A DNA stretch of 60,866 bases from Pseudomonadota bacterium (lineage in GTDB: Bacteria > Pseudomonadota > Alphaproteobacteria > Micavibrionales > UBA2020): contig JAJZFS010000078.1 of the NCBI GenBank assembly GCA_021805245.1, positions 1 through 60,866 of the forward strand, given 5' to 3'. The position numbers and the translations under genes were made by a program. Under the pieces are notes generated by a model that saw only the letters and a program-made list of their open reading frames with translations, had not been told where the DNA came from and searched no databases. Positions 57,416 to 60,866 of this stretch are shown in pieces; position 1 is the first letter of the stretch; the number at the start of each line of letters is the position of its first letter.

Positions 57416-58549
57416 GTGGTAGACGAACTTTGGAAGATTAGTGCTGCTGCGGCTCAAGCGGGGAGATTTGGCGGGATGGACTCGAGGCAACTTTTGCAAC
57501 TGGCGCAAGACACGACACCTCAGGGGCGTTATGTGCTGGCTAATGCGGTTTCCGGTTTTTTTGAAAATGACGAACTGAACGAGATGGAACACCGTCTTGT
57601 TGTCGAGATCATGATGCAATTGATCCGGCAGGCGGAGCTTGACCTGCGCGAGGCGCTGGCGGAGCGGCTGGCGGTTTTGTCGAACGTGCCGCCGGAGGTG
57701 GTGATCTTCCTTGCCAATGACGAGATTTCCGTGGCGCGGCCGATTTTGCGCCAGAGCACGGTTTTGAACGACGTGGACCTTGTCTGCATCATATCTTCGA
57801 AGAGCGCGGAATACTGGCGCTCGATCGCGCAGCGCCAGCAGATCAGCCCCGTGGTGGTCGGACGGCTGATCGATACGGGCGACGCGGGCACGGCGGTCAA
57901 CATAGTGGAGAACCCGAACGTCATGCTGCCGAAGAACAGCATGAAGCGTCTGGTCAAGACGGCGGTGACGTACGAGAAGCTGCAGGAATCCCTGCTGCGC
58001 CGTCCGGAGGTCGACAGCGATCTGGCGGCGGACCTGTACGGCTGCGTTTCGCAAAAGCTGAGATACGAAATTTCGCAGCGTTTCAAGATTCCGGCCGAGA
58101 GCATCGAGCTGGCGCTCGACAATCTGGTCGAGGAACTGTGCCGCGAATCGCGGGGCAGCGTGCACGTGACGCATGCCATGACGGCGCTGGCGCAACGTTA
58201 TCAGGAGCGGGGCGAGCTTTCGCCGAACCAGATGATCAAGACGCTGCGCCGCGGCCAGATATCGTTTTTCATCGCGCTGCTCGGCGTGAAGCTGGAGCTG
58301 CCGCCCGATGCCGCGCTGCATATCGTCCGCAAGGAAGGCGGCAAGCCCTTTGCGATCGCCTGCCGTTCGATCGGCATGATGAAGACGGAGTTCGCCTCGA
58401 TCTATCTTCTCAGCCGCCCCGCGCGGACCGAGGACAAGGTGGTCGACCAGCTGGAGATGGCGCAGGCGTTGAAATACTTCGACACCGTCCGCGACGCGGA
58501 CGTGATGCGCATCCGCAAGGAGTGGGCGCGCAATCCCGACGCCGTTTGA
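57416..58549 (+). CDS. DUF2336 domain protein
   Basis: R.ALAERLA...P...LA.DEI.VARPIL..S.VL...DL, IA.R..IS..V...LI..G; AAGGAG RBS. Confidence 0.88.
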   Translation: MVDELWKISAAAAQAGRFGGMDSRQLLQLAQDTTPQGRYVLANAVSGFFENDELNEMEHRLVVEIMMQLIRQAELDLREALAERLAVLSNVPPEVVIFLANDEISVARPILRQSTVLNDVDLVCIISSKSAEYWRSIAQRQQISPVVVGRLIDTGDAGTAVNIVENPNVMLPKNSMKRLVKTAVTYEKLQESLLRRPEVDSDLAADLYGCVSQKLRYEISQRFKIPAESIELALDNLVEELCRESRGSVHVTHAMTALAQRYQERGELSPNQMIKTLRRGQISFFIALLGVKLELPPDAALHIVRKEGGKPFAIACRSIGMMKTEFASIYLLSRPARTEDKVVDQLEMAQALKYFDTVRDADVMRIRKEWARNPDAV

Positions 58550-58551
58550 TC

Positions 58552-58803
58552 TCACAGCGTATACCATGTGCCTTTGCCGCGCCCGTGGCGGCGGACGATC
58601 CCGTCCGCGACGAGCTTGCGCAAATGGCGCTTGATCGTATCGCGTCTGGTGCAGGTTTCGTAGGCGAGCTTTTTGGCCGTCAGGCTTTGCTTCCTTTTCA
58701 GCCAGTAGATGATCTCCACCGCGACGGGATGCAGCGCGTCGCCTTTGCTCCCGCCGCTTGGGTCGCAATCTTGGGTTGAGGGGGTCAGATCGGTCTTTTT
58801 CAT
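58552..58803 (-). CDS. Small winged-helix DNA-binding protein (83 aa)
   Basis: LTAKKLAYET...RDTIKRHLRKLVADGIVRRHGRGKGTWYTL, resembling the wHTH at the C-terminus of Fic-family proteins. Confidence 0.75.
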   Translation of the reverse strand: MKKTDLTPSTQDCDPSGGSKGDALHPVAVEIIYWLKRKQSLTAKKLAYETCTRRDTIKRHLRKLVADGIVRRHGRGKGTWYTL

Positions 58804-58806
58804 GGT

Positions 58807-58950
58807 CGTATCGCCCCGCATTCCGCCGGTATGGACCCGCAAGCGCACCGCATCGCCCCCGTATGGCCCCGCACAAAACCGCAGGTTCCGCCAAACGGGG
58901 CGAAACGGCCTGAAACGGTTTCAGGCCTTGCGTAACGGGGACAAACGGCG
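58807..58950 (-). repeat. Helically phased degenerate repeat array upstream of the wHTH gene
   Basis: Minus-strand TRCG(G) cores at + positions 58807, 58817, 58828, 58838, 58849, 58860, 58870, 58880; then (A/T)AACGG at 58893, 58903, 58913, 58933, 58943. Confidence 0.7.
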
Positions 58951-59013
58951 GGCGAGGGGTGCGGAATGTTGCGCGGGCGGCGAAACGCAAAAGCGCCTCC
59001 TTTCGTTCGCGTC

Positions 59014-59058
59014 AAAATAAAAAAGGACCCGTCGGCGCGATGCCAGACTGGGTCCTTA
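59014..59058 (-). terminator. Intrinsic terminator on the minus strand
   Basis: AGGACCCAGTCTGGC-atcgc-GCCGACGGGTCCT followed by TTTTTATTTT. Confidence 0.65.
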
Positions 59059-59159
59059 CCTTTAGCACAAAGATGGGACGAACCCACCACATGAGCGGTT
59101 TCTATTCAATCATGGATTGTGGTGAGAGTCAAGACATATATATAAATACGGTCATTGGC

Positions 59160-60750
59160 CTAGGATACTTTCGCTGCAGAGAAAACACAAATATCGTTTA
59201 TAAGGTCAGACATTTCTTGAGGAACTTCGTCTACATGCATTGCATCAATAATTGCGGTAGGCGTTATATTAACCCCATATTTGCTTTGCAGGTGTACATT
59301 AATAGCACTAATGGCCTGCTTACCCGGTATTGCTAATAGTCTCCATTCGTAATTTTTCCAACGTTTCCCAAACTTCTTCAAAGCCTCTTCATTGGCCTGC
59401 GCTTCACTAATATATGAGGGATATTTTTTGCGGTAGTTTTTTATTGCATCTAGGAACTGTGCTGTTACATATTCCTTTTTTTCCTCCGCAAAAGTATTCA
59501 AAAATTCATTAATATCCATGTCATATTTTATATCGCAATTTTCTCGTTTTGCTTTATCGGCTATTTTGCGGGTAATCGCACGATCGATTGCACTGGGTAC
59601 AAGTAGAAAGTTTTCTATTTCTTTTCGGTCATGAATTTTAGCGTAGCTACAGATAGTCTTTATGTCTGAAGATATATGAGAACATTCTTCGTCGCATCTA
59701 TAGTCTTTATCCATTATAGCTGCAGCCAGAATTTTTCCGCCAAGTGTTTCTTCCATGCCATCTTTTAAACTGCGAATTCGTTCCGGATTAAAGCCTTCAA
59801 CTGGAACGACAGCAAAAGCACTTCTATTGCTTACGTTATTGACCTTTAACTTTTGTGCAAATTTTCCAAGGATTTGAAAATCTTTACCCTCAACGAATAA
59901 AGCCCTTCTTGTCTTCGCGAGTTGTGTCAAAATAGGATTGAGGTTTGTGCCTAGAGTTTTAAAAACATCTTCTAATTGCATTGGATTGTTTATACGGCGT
60001 GAAGATATCCTCTTCTTGCTAATAAGAATGATATCGTCAGGCTCTGCTTCGGTAATTATTTCGGTAGAGTGCGTCGCGATCAGAATGTCTGAACCCATAT
60101 TGCGTAAAATGCTGAGTAATTGACGTTGAAGTTCGGAATGTAGGTAAATATCAGGTTCATCAATCAGGAAAAGCGCAGCATCATTTGACTGAATAAGGTG
60201 TGTTAGCATTTGGCACCAGACTTGGAAGCCAAAACCGGCCCAGAATATTTCCCTTGGAATACGATCTTCTGGGCAAAACATGTGAAGTCTGGTTTTTCCT
60301 AGGAAGTGTTCTATTGTTGGCGGCTGGATATCCATGCCAGGCCAAGTTCGCTTTAATAGGGCTTGGAAGTCTTTAAACTTCTCTGGGTAATGGTACCAAA
60401 TATTTCTAAAGTTACGTGCGGCCTTATAATTATATAACGCTAATCTTGCTGCTTCTTTCCCAAATAATTCTTCGTGATGTTCTACGGGGCCTAGAATTGG
60501 TACAAAGCCAATTGGGCAGTTATAATTTTTTTTAAAGCTGCTCGGAGAATGTTGTTGTTTTCCTTGAGCGTCCGCAATGAGGTGACATGTGCCGTGTTCA
60601 GGAAAGTATAGTGTTAATTCATTTTTATTTGATAGGGTGAAATTAACAATCGCTGGTTCCGCATCATCATAGTTATAAAAAATGTTTTCTTCAGCCACTG
60701 AAATAGATTGTAAATGAATTTTATATCCAAAAACTTTGCCTAGCAGTCCA
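59160..60750 (-). pseudogene. 5'-truncated OLD-like ABC-ATPase plus TOPRIM nuclease gene (AT-rich)
   Basis: GFGFQ signature, FLIDEPDIYLH, IATHS, TOPRIM FVEGKD / DKD / KEIENF; frame open only to a stop at 60810-60812 with no Walker A; 5' boundary approximate. Confidence 0.75.
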
Positions 60751-60832
60751 CTGAAAAACCCTCTTTTTTGCTGAGGTTTCGCATCTTTTGGGATGTTTGT
60801 CTGATTTTTTCATGCGGGTGGGCTGATGATCG

Positions 60833-60855
60833 ACGCCGCATCGCGGCGTTTTTTT
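60833..60855 (+). terminator. Intrinsic terminator-like hairpin
   Basis: ACGCCGC-atc-GCGGCGT followed by TTTTTT. Confidence 0.55.
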
Positions 60856-60866
60856 GTTTTCGTGGC

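Noticed and set aside
59071-59090. tRNA T-arm-like GGTGGGTTCGTCCCATC as a tRNA or att remnant
   Set aside because: The loop is 5 nt rather than 7, and there is no acceptor stem, anticodon arm, CCA or duplicate copy
60720-60813. Short minus-strand ORF starting MKKSDKHP, resembling the wHTH start MKKTDLTP
   Set aside because: Similarity is limited to about four residues and the ORF ends after about 30 codons; not enough to claim a duplication

Overview
A GC-rich alphaproteobacterial chromosome segment. Alphaproteobacterial origin is inferred from the split F0 atpI-B-E-F'-F operon, the zapA-6S-ygfA and nadD-rsfS-rlmH-envC-ctpA-rppH gene orders, CtrA boxes and a DUF2336 gene. Most of the window is housekeeping: ruvAB-ybgC-tolQRAB, valS, dksA, cysQ, zapA/6S, putA, F0 ATP synthase, polA, mfd, yggS-lpoA/rsmI-yraN-BON and rimP-nusA-infB-rbfA-truB-rpsO. 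Five accessory items stand out. (1) A three-gene operon (9673-15918) encodes a 1001-aa protein (degenerate zincin-like N-terminus, charged linker, vWA), a translationally coupled 960-aa MoxR/dynein-related AAA+ ATPase ending in MshEN-like repeats, and a small orphan. (2) A ~1.69-kb transposase-less element (about 49126-50815) has ~97-bp imperfect terminal inverted repeats and a 9-10-bp target duplication; it carries dmeF plus the 3' stump of its repressor and sits inside a terminator hairpin. (3) Two arrays of a T(G/A)CGG core repeat every ~10.4 bp, one before dksA and one before a small winged-helix gene. (4) An orphan protein carries minimal protein-kinase-fold motifs. (5) Several solitary AT-rich genes are present, including a 5'-truncated OLD-like ATPase-TOPRIM gene. 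No rRNA, tRNA or CRISPR array was found. All family calls come from motif recognition by eye; no database search was run.
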